DNA of 64,000 bases, from IMG/VR virus record IMGVR_UViG_3300032291_001296, positions 1-64,000 of that record; one strand, given 5' to 3'. This document shows positions 1-9,484 of this stretch, piece after piece. A program made the translations under genes and the position numbers. Positions within the stretch are counted from its first letter, which is position 1. Every line of letters begins with the position of its first letter. This DNA comes from a virus. Below the pieces are notes generated by a model, which did not search any database, was not told the DNA's origin, and worked only from the letters and a program-made list of their open reading frames with translations.

Positions 1-44
1 ACTTACAATTAGTAGTGAATACATTAAATGAATATTATAACTAA
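1..44 (+). CDS. 3' end of an upstream gene (partial), possibly a phage AAA-family ATPase
   Basis: Open frame ...LQLVVNTLNEYYN* ends at TAA 42-44. The C-terminus resembles phage AAA_24-type ATPases that precede SSB-like genes, but only 13 codons are visible. Confidence 0.35.
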   Translation, partial: LQLVVNTLNEYYN

Positions 45-59
45 AATTAAATTAAAATT

Positions 60-935
60 ATGTCAAGTATCGGAGGAAAAAAGAGAGAATCATCAGCAAG
101 TAGTAGTGATTTTGGAAAGAAAGTAGGTTTGTTTGAAGCAAACGTAGTAGCAATTAATCCAACAGCAGAAGAGTTTAAAGACATTCTAGGAATGGAACTT
201 AAAGAAGACAGTAAAGCTACTGAGTATTTAGGAGAAACTAGAGATGGAAATAACTATTTACGTGTTGATGTATGGTTGGAAGAAGTTAAGAACAAAGATA
301 AGTTTAAGGTGAGCTTCTTTCTAGAAGACAAGGAGAGAGAAAATAAAGATGGTACTAAGAAACAATATATCAATTCTATTGGTATGTGTTCTTGGGCTGC
401 AGATGAAAATGATCTTGCTGACTGGTTTACAAAAGATAGAGACTATCGTGTAGCTTATGTTGGTGAAGAAGATTTCTATAACTTTATGCGTACATGGTTA
501 TCTGAACTAGACTATCGTGATGCTGAAACTGTTCTACAATTAGAATGGAAGAAGTTGATGCGTGGTAATGTTAAAGATTTGAAAGACCAAATCGATGGAG
601 AGTGGTCTAAATCTGTTGTTGCTTTAGCAACTGTAATAGTTAAAGAAAGAGATGGAGAGTCTAAAGAATATCAAGGAATCTACAACAAAGCGTTTGTAGG
701 TGGATATTCATTGAAACAATTCAGACTTGTTGATTATTCAGACAGAAGAGTACAAGACTCTCTTAAAAACAAGAAACCTCGTGATTTAAAGGCTCATGAG
801 AAGTTTGTCATGAACATCATAGGAGAATATGGTTGTAAAGACTATTATATCCTGAAGGATCTTCAAGATTATAATGCAGATGATAACCTAGTGGCATCTG
901 ATGCATTCATATCTGATGATGGTGATGACTATTAA
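60..935 (+). CDS. Putative ssDNA-binding/replication protein
   Basis: 291 aa with an acidic C-terminal tail (DAFISDDGDDY). It lies before the primase and is followed by a terminator. Confidence 0.5.
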   Translation: MSSIGGKKRESSASSSDFGKKVGLFEANVVAINPTAEEFKDILGMELKEDSKATEYLGETRDGNNYLRVDVWLEEVKNKDKFKVSFFLEDKERENKDGTKKQYINSIGMCSWAADENDLADWFTKDRDYRVAYVGEEDFYNFMRTWLSELDYRDAETVLQLEWKKLMRGNVKDLKDQIDGEWSKSVVALATVIVKERDGESKEYQGIYNKAFVGGYSLKQFRLVDYSDRRVQDSLKNKKPRDLKAHEKFVMNIIGEYGCKDYYILKDLQDYNADDNLVASDAFISDDGDDY

Positions 936-953
936 TAATTATTAATTCGGTAA

Positions 954-989
954 GAGCCCTCATCAGAAATGGTGAGGGTTTTTATTTTT
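954..989 (+). terminator. Rho-independent terminator
   Basis: GAGCCCTCATCA-GAAA-TGGTGAGGGTTT hairpin followed by a T-tract. Confidence 0.85.
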
Positions 990-995
990 AGAGCT

Positions 996-1997
996 ATGAT
1001 AAGAGGAAGAAAAAGAGTAAACTTAACAACTGATAGCATATTGGAAAAGATATCTGAGTATGATATTTATAAATTTTATATGCCTCATCAGAACTGGAAA
1101 ATTAATACCGTTACTTATTCTCCCTTTAGAAACGAAAAACACCCATCATTCATCATAGGGTATAGATCAGGAGCATTGAGATTTATAGATTTTGGAGATT
1201 CCAGCAAGAAAGGTGGATGTTTCAATTTTGTAATGATGCTTTTCAATATACCATTGCGTGAAGCATTGATGATGATTGATAGAGATTTCGATCTTGGGAT
1301 TGTTTCAGGGTCCTCTACAAAAAATTATGAGAGGATTGTCTCTGATTATGCACAACCAACAGCTACATCTAAGCGTGAGTATTTCATTCAGGTTAAACCT
1401 AGAAAGTTTACACACGAAGAACTAGCATATTGGAATGAGTATTATCAAGACATAGATGATCTTAGAGCTAACAATGTGTATTCAATAGACACACTATATC
1501 TAAACAAACAAAAGTTTCCATTAAAAGAGACAGAGCTTAGATTTGGTTATCTATATGAAGGTCATTGGAAAATCTACAGACCATTTGCTGACAAAAAGAA
1601 TAAGTGGATGCCTAATAATGTGCCTATTACTATGATGGATGGACTAGATGACATTAAAGATTGTGATGTAGCATTTATCAATAAGAGTAAGAAGGATTAC
1701 ATGGTGATGAAAAAAGTATTTCCATGTTGTTGTGCTGTGCAGAATGAAGGACTTGGTTGTTTCTCTGAAGAGAACGTTGAGTATATTAAGGAAAATTCTG
1801 ATGTCCAAATATTAAGCTTCGATAGTGATGAGACTGGTGTAAAGAATTCTCAACTGATAACTGAAAAGTTTGGGTTTGAGTATTGTAATGTACCAAGAAT
1901 ATATCTAGGAGAAGGAATTAAAGATTGGGCTGATTTAGCACGCATACATGGGTTAAAGACAATTGAGAAATATTTAACACAAAGAGAACTAATATGA
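996..1997 (+). CDS. DnaG-like DNA primase
   Basis: Degenerate CHC2-like N-terminus (SPFRNEKHPSF...FIDFG), TOPRIM DxD (SFDSDETG) and KDWAD. The track start at 969 is inside the terminator hairpin, so ATG 996 is preferred. Confidence 0.8.
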   Translation: MIRGRKRVNLTTDSILEKISEYDIYKFYMPHQNWKINTVTYSPFRNEKHPSFIIGYRSGALRFIDFGDSSKKGGCFNFVMMLFNIPLREALMMIDRDFDLGIVSGSSTKNYERIVSDYAQPTATSKREYFIQVKPRKFTHEELAYWNEYYQDIDDLRANNVYSIDTLYLNKQKFPLKETELRFGYLYEGHWKIYRPFADKKNKWMPNNVPITMMDGLDDIKDCDVAFINKSKKDYMVMKKVFPCCCAVQNEGLGCFSEENVEYIKENSDVQILSFDSDETGVKNSQLITEKFGFEYCNVPRIYLGEGIKDWADLARIHGLKTIEKYLTQRELI

Positions 1998-2272
1998 CAC
2001 TAAAAGATAAATTAAAAACAAATGTATCTATAAATACATATGGTGAAGCTGAAAGATTTGCAAGTAAATTCGAAAAAATAGCAGATGATTTTGCTATTGA
2101 GTTTGCAGATTGGAAGGATGATAATTTTCTAGTATACAAAGATAAAACACACTACGCTAAAACATCATCTCAATACTTCGATGTAACAAAATATATTGGT
2201 AAAGAAAAACCTACCAAATATTATACTACAAAAGAACTGTTAGAAATCTATAAAAAAGAAAAAGGATTATGA
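1994..2272 (+). CDS. Hypothetical protein
   Basis: 92-aa ORF with ATGA overlaps on both sides. Confidence 0.7.
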   Translation: MTLKDKLKTNVSINTYGEAERFASKFEKIADDFAIEFADWKDDNFLVYKDKTHYAKTSSQYFDVTKYIGKEKPTKYYTTKELLEIYKKEKGL

Positions 2273-2988
2273 ATTGGGAAAATTTTAAACATCAGTTTCA
2301 CCCATCTTGGCATGCTAAGATGAGACCATTCATTGAGAGTGAAGAGTGTGATAAGATTTATGCATTTCTAAAAGCAGAGAGTAAGAGAGGCAAGAAGGTT
2401 GCTCCTATATCTATGCATGTATGGAGATGCTTTAAAGAAACATCACTAGATGATCTTAAAGTGGTGTTAGTGGGTATGTGCCCCTATCATACATTTAAGA
2501 ATGATGCTCCTGTAGCAGATGGTTTACTTATGGGTTGTTCTATTACAGAACAAGTACAACCATCATTAGACCAATTCTATAGAGCTATGGAAAAGGAATT
2601 CTATGATGGGCTAAACTTGAACATTATAGAGAATCCAGATGTAAGCTTCTTAGCTCATCAAGGAGTCTTAATGCTCAATGCAGCATTAACAACAGAGATG
2701 AATAAAGCAGGTTCTCACATAGAAATATGGGAACCATTTATCAAATATCTGTTCGAGGAAATTATAAACCACTTAGGTGTACCAATTGTATTTCTTGGTA
2801 AAGACGCAGCTAGATATAGAAAATATACAGGGATATTCACTCATGTATTTGAAGTCTCTCATCCAGCTAGTGCATCTTATAAAGGAGTAGATTGGGATAC
2901 AGAAGGTGTGTTTGTTAAAGTAAATAGATTATTAGAAGAAAACAATGGGTTCAGTGTTCAATGGTTGGACATTGATGTGCCCTTTTAA
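2269..2988 (+). CDS. ung: Uracil-DNA glycosylase family-1-like protein with atypical motifs
   Basis: KVVLVGMCPYH (canonical GQDPYH), QGVLMLNAALT, GSH..IW, VFLGK and SHPA. Confidence 0.85.
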   Translation: MNWENFKHQFHPSWHAKMRPFIESEECDKIYAFLKAESKRGKKVAPISMHVWRCFKETSLDDLKVVLVGMCPYHTFKNDAPVADGLLMGCSITEQVQPSLDQFYRAMEKEFYDGLNLNIIENPDVSFLAHQGVLMLNAALTTEMNKAGSHIEIWEPFIKYLFEEIINHLGVPIVFLGKDAARYRKYTGIFTHVFEVSHPASASYKGVDWDTEGVFVKVNRLLEENNGFSVQWLDIDVPF

Positions 2989-2999
2989 AATTAGAAAAC

Positions 3000-3326
3000 A
3001 TGGAAAATCAATTAATTACAATTGAAGAATTAGAAGTGGGAGATGAGATAGTTATTGCTTGTCAGTCTCACATGAAGTATTTAAAAGTGTTGGCAAAACC
3101 AAGACTTAGTAAAACAAAAGTGAAATGGAATACAAACATACCATTGTATACAAATGTTAGATGTTCTACAAAACAAGATGTAATAACAAACACTTATACA
3201 TGGAATGGTAAGTCTTACACAAGAACAGAAAAGGTTTGGAGAGTTACACCAGAAGATCATAACATGACAATTTCCCAAGATCTTAATGATAGAGGTATTT
3301 GGTTAGTAAAAAGAGAAACAATATGA
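3000..3326 (+). CDS. Hypothetical protein
   Basis: 108-aa ORF within the operon. Confidence 0.7.
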   Translation: MENQLITIEELEVGDEIVIACQSHMKYLKVLAKPRLSKTKVKWNTNIPLYTNVRCSTKQDVITNTYTWNGKSYTRTEKVWRVTPEDHNMTISQDLNDRGIWLVKRETI

Positions 3327-3736
3327 GAATAACACCGTTTGAAGTAGAAGAATTAGAACCAAATGAAATATTTGTATTTGGAAGTAATGAAGCTGGTATA
3401 CATGGTGCAGGCGCTGCACGATTAGCTTATGAAAGATTTGGTGCTAGATTAGGACAAGGATTTGGACTAATTGGACAAAGCTTTGCTTTACCAACAAAAG
3501 ACTGGTCAGTAGGAACATTAGAACTTGATGTTATTGAGTTCTATGTAAATCGATTTGAAGAGTGTGTTAGGATTAATAAACATTTGAAATTTATGATAAC
3601 TAGAATTGGTTGTGGACTAGCTGGATATGATGCAGAAGATATCGCTCCACTATTCAAAAACTTTATAGAGTTGGAGAATGTCTACTTACCAGAAGACTTT
3701 ATAGAAATAATAAACAATTTAAATTTAGAGAAATGA
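3323..3736 (+). CDS. A1S_2505-like phage protein (macrodomain-like fold)
   Basis: IFVFGSNEAGIHGAGAARLA, ALPTK and TRIGCGLAG motifs. ATG 3323 is coupled to the upstream stop. Confidence 0.7.
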   Translation: MRITPFEVEELEPNEIFVFGSNEAGIHGAGAARLAYERFGARLGQGFGLIGQSFALPTKDWSVGTLELDVIEFYVNRFEECVRINKHLKFMITRIGCGLAGYDAEDIAPLFKNFIELENVYLPEDFIEIINNLNLEK

Positions 3737-6033
3737 TTTTAGAAAAACAAACAGAAGCAAATGTCCTACTTGATGGACAATCACAAGAGAGTATAGGAAT
3801 GTCACTAGACTTAGATTCTGCACAAGTATTGATGCAGATGTTAAGTAAGAATTTATATTCTGATGACATAGGTTCGACTATCAGAGAATGTGCATCTAAT
3901 GCACTAGATAGTCATAGAAGAGCTGGAGTGGACACTCCTATCATTGTATCATTCAAATCTTCCACAGCATATAACTATGAATTCTGTGTTGAGGATTTTG
4001 GTGTTGGTCTTGATGCTGATGATGTAAAGAACATTATCAGTAAGTATGGTAAATCTACTAAGCGTGAAAGCAACACTGAGCTTGGTATGATGGGCTTAGG
4101 TTTCAAAGCACCTCTTGCTTATTCATCTAGTTTCTATTTTGTATGTAGAAAAGATGGAATAGAACGTAAGTATATGATGTATGAAGGAGAAGATGTAAAC
4201 ACTATCGATCTTTTATATGAAATGCCTACAACAGAAGGTAATGGTGTAAAAATCATTATTCCTGTTAAGTATAGTGATAGATATCAATTCACTAAGAAGA
4301 TTAAAGAGCAATTGTGCTATTTCGAGAGTGTATACTTTGATGTACCAGATGATGCATCTATCACTAATGATTTTGTTATCTCTAGACATACACACTTTCA
4401 GTTTTCTGAATTGAGCACAGATTATAATTTACACATTTGTTTGGACAATGTGTATTATCCTCTAGATTTTAGTAAGCTTGGAATAGATGAAATTGAGTTT
4501 CCTATAGCTCTTAGATTCACTTTAACTGATGGATTGTATCCAACTCCCAATAGAGAATCTCTTAGATATACACAGGAAGCTAAACAAATCATTCTAACTA
4601 AGCTTAGCAATGTAGCAGACTATTTTGTAAACAAATATAATGAGCAGCTAACTGAAGGTAATGATATCAACTCTGTTGTAAACTATCTTGAAAAGAATGG
4701 TCATAGAATTACATTGACTAATGGTAATGCAAAAAGAATTGATGATTTCATTCAATTCTCTCAAGTACAAATTGCTGTTCCACAGATAGAAGATGTGAAT
4801 CTTATTGACTTCCCTGCATTGTACAAAATGCATAAACAAGAAATGTTAAATTATGCATTTCCTTCTAAGTTTATGTTGAGATATAAAAGAATGCAGAACA
4901 CAGATAAACATTATGTATGGGGATACAATATAGAAAGTATCTGTAATGGTAATGCTAAAGTGTGGGTGTACGATGAAAAAATTCCTGGAATCAAGAAAGA
5001 CTACCTAAGAGCTACATGTAAAGAGAGTGAGTATAATTTCATTGTTAAAAGATCAGCTCCTATGAAATTAGGAATTCCTTCTAAGTATAGCAGAGAAACT
5101 TATTATCATTTACTAGGTCTTGCTAACTATCCAAAAGACCAATGGAGAGATGTTATTAAAGAATATCAATACATCATATCTTTGATTGAAGAGCAATTTA
5201 CTAACCTTGATGAATTAGTTGTACCACAATCTTTTATTGATGGTAAGAAGAAAGCTAAAACAATTACTTCTAAAGGAGCGTCTGGTAAAAGACTTAAGAT
5301 ACAAGGAGAGATTGTTTGTAAGAAAGGTGTAGACCTTATGAGATGGAATGATGGTAGAAAGTGTAAGTTTGATTCTCAGCTATATAAGTTAGAAGATCTT
5401 GAAAGTGCTAAGCATTTGAAAGTTTATGCTCATCACGATGATTATATGAAGCTTGATGCTTTGTATGGAGTGATGCAAAAGCAGAAGATGGAAGTAATTA
5501 CATTTTCTACTAGAGAACTTAAGATAGTTGAACAATTAGAAATACATAACTTAATATCATATGACCAATTTATGGAGGGGAAAAACGCACCATTTAAGAG
5601 AATAATTACAGGAATGCTAATCAATGACATGATGAATAAGTATAGATACATATTTGATAGAATAGATCAAATAGGATATGTATCTACTGATCTTGCTAAA
5701 AAACTAAGAGCTTTAACTGAGTACAGATCTAATAATCATTATAACTCAGATGAAGAGTTGAAGAAAGCGATGTTAGCAGTGGCTGAAGAGCATAATCTGT
5801 TTGATCAAAACATCTATCCAGAGTATTTACAGATGTTAGAACTGTTCAATCAACTTCCATTCTTACAACCATTGTGTGGAAGAGCAGGTTATTATAATGA
5901 AAGTGATCCTATGGTTAATGTAATGACTGACTTATTTAAGTATTACAAACACAGAGTGGATCTAAAACACTACAACATTAGAATTAATGAAGAAGTGTTG
6001 ACAGAAGAAAATGTTGAACAATTAATAGACTAA
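3733..6033 (+). CDS. rIIA: RIIA-like protein with GHKL (HATPase) domain
   Basis: IRECASNALD, EDFGVG, YGKSTK, GMMGLGFK, NGVKI and PTPNRESL motifs. It is followed by an rIIB-like gene. Confidence 0.85.
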   Translation: MILEKQTEANVLLDGQSQESIGMSLDLDSAQVLMQMLSKNLYSDDIGSTIRECASNALDSHRRAGVDTPIIVSFKSSTAYNYEFCVEDFGVGLDADDVKNIISKYGKSTKRESNTELGMMGLGFKAPLAYSSSFYFVCRKDGIERKYMMYEGEDVNTIDLLYEMPTTEGNGVKIIIPVKYSDRYQFTKKIKEQLCYFESVYFDVPDDASITNDFVISRHTHFQFSELSTDYNLHICLDNVYYPLDFSKLGIDEIEFPIALRFTLTDGLYPTPNRESLRYTQEAKQIILTKLSNVADYFVNKYNEQLTEGNDINSVVNYLEKNGHRITLTNGNAKRIDDFIQFSQVQIAVPQIEDVNLIDFPALYKMHKQEMLNYAFPSKFMLRYKRMQNTDKHYVWGYNIESICNGNAKVWVYDEKIPGIKKDYLRATCKESEYNFIVKRSAPMKLGIPSKYSRETYYHLLGLANYPKDQWRDVIKEYQYIISLIEEQFTNLDELVVPQSFIDGKKKAKTITSKGASGKRLKIQGEIVCKKGVDLMRWNDGRKCKFDSQLYKLEDLESAKHLKVYAHHDDYMKLDALYGVMQKQKMEVITFSTRELKIVEQLEIHNLISYDQFMEGKNAPFKRIITGMLINDMMNKYRYIFDRIDQIGYVSTDLAKKLRALTEYRSNNHYNSDEELKKAMLAVAEEHNLFDQNIYPEYLQMLELFNQLPFLQPLCGRAGYYNESDPMVNVMTDLFKYYKHRVDLKHYNIRINEEVLTEENVEQLID

Positions 6034-6035
6034 TT

Positions 6036-6137
6036 ATGGAAAGTGATTGTTGTGGTGCTTCCGAGTGGATGGAAGACACAGGAATCTGTAGTGCTTGTAT
6101 GGAGCATGCAGATTGGAATGAAATAGAAGAAGATTAA
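6036..6137 (+). CDS. 33-aa Cys-rich microprotein (not in ORF track)
   Basis: MESDCCGASEWMEDTGICSACMEHADWNEIEED*, starting 2 nt after the rIIA stop, with CC..CxxC..H. Confidence 0.65.
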   Translation: MESDCCGASEWMEDTGICSACMEHADWNEIEED

Positions 6138-6143
6138 ATTAAC

Positions 6144-6169
6144 ACAGAGTGTCATTTGTGACACTCTGT
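6144..6169. promoter_or_regulatory. Perfect 11-bp intergenic hairpin
   Basis: ACAGAGTGTCA-TTTG-TGACACTCTGT with only a weak U-tract. Confidence 0.6.
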
Positions 6170-6201
6170 TATTAAAAAGTAACAATTAAAATTAAATAAA
6201 A

Positions 6202-7725
6202 ATGAGCAACAAATTTTTAAGTCTTGACTGGTTCAAGCAAACAGCAGAGAATGCAATCGCTAAAGTGGTAGCTAACAAGTTAGAATCTTTAATGGAGCAA
6301 GAAGAAGCTCTTAAAGAAGAATATGTAAAACCATATCTAAATCTTAGATTGGTTAACGATACACTAACCATAGTGTTGAATGATGGTAGTATATTGAGTA
6401 AACCTGGAGCAACAGAAGAAGATTTTGTTGCTGTATCTAATGCAGAAAGTGTTCATGAAATCTATGCTATTATAGCTTCTGCAGAAGTGGCAGCTGATGC
6501 AGAGAAAATTAAAGCTGAAGCAGCTAGAATGAGAGCTTTACAAAAGGGTATTGAAACTCTTGCTAATCTTCCTGATTTTGTTGTAGAAGGTACAACAGTT
6601 TATTTAGCAGGTACATCTAGAAGTATGCCTCAATTATTAGTTGAGCAGTTTATTACAGTGATTGATAGAGTGGCTAATGAACCATGCACAGAAATATTTC
6701 ATATACAATTGAATGAAGATGATGAGTATGTAGCATTGAAGAACTTCTTTATGTGGTGTTGTCTAAATCCAAGAGCTGAAGTGGCACATGAGTTATACAG
6801 ATTCTTAACAGAGAATTCATTTAGAATCACTAGACAAGGATTTGTTGTAGCATTGAGAAATGTTGTAACGCTTCATGGTTCTCCTGAGCTTGTACATTTT
6901 ATCAGTAATGCATACAACAAGGTGAAAGCTGTATGGAAAAAGAATCCATCTGAGTATACAGTGTTCTTAGAGAATGGAGAATACAAACTTGTACATGATT
7001 CTGCTCTAACAACAATTGAAACTCATACATCTGCAATGTGTCAAGAATGCCATGGTGATGGTGGTTGGTACAATGATGCATGGGAAGATGATAATGATTG
7101 GGAAGATTGTGATGTGTGTGGTGGATCAGGAGAAGTTGATTCTTATGACTGTTCTGTAGAAGTTTATGTAGATCATGGTCAAAAAATTGGTAAGTTGACT
7201 GAGTTGTATTTAGATCTTCCTAATAGAGCAGAGAACCGATTCACTGATGACTGGACCAAAACATTTGATATCCGTATTGGACAAGTGACTAGCATGCCTA
7301 AAGAAGATTGTAACTGGAGTACACAAGATTGTGCTGCTGCAGGATTACACTTCACTGCTGATCAGATTCACTATGTAGGTTGTGGTGATCAATCTGTTAT
7401 TGTATTGATCAATCCTATGAAAGTGGTTGGTATTGGACAACATAAAGGTAGATGTTATGAATATCTTCCAATTATGACTGTGCCAAGAGAAGAAGCTACA
7501 AGAATTCTACATGATGGAATGTTTGATACAATCCAATTAGATGAAGACTATGCTATTCGTGAATTAGAATCTCTTGCAGAGAAAGCTAAAGAAGGGTTTG
7601 CTACTGAATCTAGAAAGTATCAATTCAACATGCCAGCTATCTCTGCTGTAGAAATAACTAATATTGTTAATTCTCTTAGTGAGATGAAAGCTAAGATAAG
7701 CAAACGTGTTAGTACAATTAAGTAA
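6202..7725 (+). CDS. rIIB: RIIB-like protein with an inserted DnaJ-type Zn finger
   Basis: LKNFF..NP..ELYRFL..ITRQG, CAAAGLHF, VLINPMKVV and KGRCYEY. It also contains CQECHGDG and CDVCGGSG. Confidence 0.75.
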   Translation: MSNKFLSLDWFKQTAENAIAKVVANKLESLMEQEEALKEEYVKPYLNLRLVNDTLTIVLNDGSILSKPGATEEDFVAVSNAESVHEIYAIIASAEVAADAEKIKAEAARMRALQKGIETLANLPDFVVEGTTVYLAGTSRSMPQLLVEQFITVIDRVANEPCTEIFHIQLNEDDEYVALKNFFMWCCLNPRAEVAHELYRFLTENSFRITRQGFVVALRNVVTLHGSPELVHFISNAYNKVKAVWKKNPSEYTVFLENGEYKLVHDSALTTIETHTSAMCQECHGDGGWYNDAWEDDNDWEDCDVCGGSGEVDSYDCSVEVYVDHGQKIGKLTELYLDLPNRAENRFTDDWTKTFDIRIGQVTSMPKEDCNWSTQDCAAAGLHFTADQIHYVGCGDQSVIVLINPMKVVGIGQHKGRCYEYLPIMTVPREEATRILHDGMFDTIQLDEDYAIRELESLAEKAKEGFATESRKYQFNMPAISAVEITNIVNSLSEMKAKISKRVSTIK

Positions 7726-7741
7726 GTAATAATTATAGTTT

Positions 7742-7770
7742 TGTCGCAAATGTTTACTATATTTGCGACA
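7742..7770 (+). promoter_or_regulatory. Bacteroidota-type -7 promoter (TATATTTG, 7758-7765) inside a 10-bp inverted repeat
   Basis: TGTCGCAAAT-9nt-ATTTGCGACA, matching the TAnnTTTG consensus upstream of ATG 7789. Confidence 0.65.
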
Positions 7771-7788
7771 GAACTTAATTATAAACCT

Positions 7789-8193
7789 ATGGCAAAGAGA
7801 GTGTTAGTCCCAAAGACAAGATGCAATGGTACAATGAGTGAAGCAGCCTTCTGGAGCTTTATTAGGAGTGCTTTGAGACAGAAGAGTAGATGGTGGAAGC
7901 CCATATCAGTATGTAAACTAAATGCACGTAGAGATTACAAAGGTGTAAACAAACGTCAGAAGTACGAATACCAATGTAAGAAGTGTAAGAAATGGCATAC
8001 AGAAAAGAATATAAATGTAGATCATATTATTCCTGCAGGAAGTCTTAACTGTGCACAAGATCTACCACAGTTTGTGGAGAGATTGTTCTGTGAACAAGAT
8101 AACTTGCAAGTGTTATGCACTGCATGTCATGATAAAAAAACATTAAAAGAAAAACAATCAAAAACAAATGAAAAACGCAATAACAATAAATAA
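7789..8193 (+). CDS. HNH endonuclease-like protein
   Basis: CKKC, VDHIIP and NLQVLCTACHDKKT. ATG 7789 is preferred to TTG 7741. Confidence 0.8.
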   Translation: MAKRVLVPKTRCNGTMSEAAFWSFIRSALRQKSRWWKPISVCKLNARRDYKGVNKRQKYEYQCKKCKKWHTEKNINVDHIIPAGSLNCAQDLPQFVERLFCEQDNLQVLCTACHDKKTLKEKQSKTNEKRNNNK

Positions 8194-8245
8194 GACACCT
8201 TCATTCAATGAGATATGGCATGATATTTGCAGAGATATGGTATAA
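8168..8245 (+). pseudogene. Truncated 5' remnant duplicating the start of the 9257 gene
   Basis: MKNAITINKTPSFNEIWHDICRDMV* compared with MQKITINKEPSFNEIWREG at 9257. Confidence 0.7.
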
Positions 8246-8262
8246 ACAAAATAAATAAAATT

Positions 8263-8520
8263 ATGAACGAAAAATTTATAGAAGAATTATGTGGATGGTT
8301 AAAAGAAACCAAAGGTATTACTAAAATAGATCTTGAAGATTTAGTTAGTTATATCCCTGAGTATGAACAATACTTAGAAGATAATGAAACAGGCTGGTTA
8401 GCACAACAAATTAAATGTGATCTTTGTGGACACGAATCTACAGCTGTTTATCACGAATCATCAGATAGACTTGAATGTTCTAATTGTGGAAATATGGTAA
8501 TGTTTGACATAAAAGAGTAA
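8263..8520 (+). CDS. Zn-ribbon protein
   Basis: CDLC...CSNC; ATG 8263 has an A-rich leader. Confidence 0.7.
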   Translation: MNEKFIEELCGWLKETKGITKIDLEDLVSYIPEYEQYLEDNETGWLAQQIKCDLCGHESTAVYHESSDRLECSNCGNMVMFDIKE

Positions 8521-8523
8521 ATT

Positions 8524-9252
8524 ATGAATTCAGGAATTTACACCATAGAGAATTTAATAACAAAGAAGTTATATGTTGGATATACAGAAAGTTTCAATGA
8601 TAGATTTAACAATCACATAAGTACATTAAATAGAAATGTACATGGAAATGAACATCTTCAAAGAGCTTGGAATAAGTATGGTCAATTTAATTTCTCTTTT
8701 GAAATTCTAACAACGTGTTCTATAGATCTTTTAGAATCTGAAGAACACTATTGGTGTAATATTCTTGATACTCATAATCCTAAATATGGTTATAACATCA
8801 AAGCAACTCATCCTGAGAAAGGAAAAATGACTTCAGTTGATAAGTTAAGAATTAGTAATAAATTAAAAAGTATGGCAATTAGACCTATTGTAATGTTAGA
8901 TTTAGATGGAAATTTAATACAAGAGTTTGCTCTTGTATCAGATGCAGCTAACTATTTTGGTACTCAACCTAGTTGTATTCATAGAGTATTAACAGGTAAA
9001 CGAGATAGATATAAAAACTACATATTTGTATATAAAGAAGATTATGATGAAAATAAAGACTATTCATATCAAAGTAAAAATACAAAAACTGTATGTCAAT
9101 ATACACTATTAGGAGAATTCATAAAAGAATGGAAGAGTACTATGGATGTAGAAAGAGAACTATCTATATGTAATGCTGCAATATCTGCATGCTGTAATGG
9201 TAAAAAACACTATCACTCCGCTGGAGGATATATTTGGAAATATAAAAATTAA
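8524..9252 (+). mobile_element. Free-standing GIY-YIG homing endonuclease with NUMOD1-type DNA-binding repeats
   Basis: SGIYTIEN..KLYVGYT, R..H, E..W, YGYN and two C-terminal NUMOD1-like HTH repeats. Confidence 0.85.
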
Positions 9253-9256
9253 TAAT

Positions 9257-9484
9257 ATGCAAAAAATAACAATCAATAAAGAGCCTTCGTTTAACGAAAT
9301 TTGGAGGGAAGGCCATGTAGAACATGAAGGTAAATACCATTACTTCTGGTTGATTCATCCACAAGGACTAGATCCAAATGGTGATCAGTATGAATTAGAA
9401 GTGAGATGGTTTTTCTCAAGAGTACCAAGAGAGGTGAGAGCATTATATCCTCAAATTATAGAAGCATTTAAACAAACATTATGA
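9257..9484 (+). CDS. Hypothetical protein (75 aa)
   Basis: ATG 9257 follows the HEG stop. The track start at 9173 overlaps the HEG. Confidence 0.7.
   Translation: MQKITINKEPSFNEIWREGHVEHEGKYHYFWLIHPQGLDPNGDQYELEVRWFFSRVPREVRALYPQIIEAFKQTL

Noticed and set aside
8524-9252. Group I intron around the GIY-YIG gene
   Set aside because: The flanks are only a few nt from neighbouring ORFs, leaving no room for a ribozyme core, and no split exon pair is evident.
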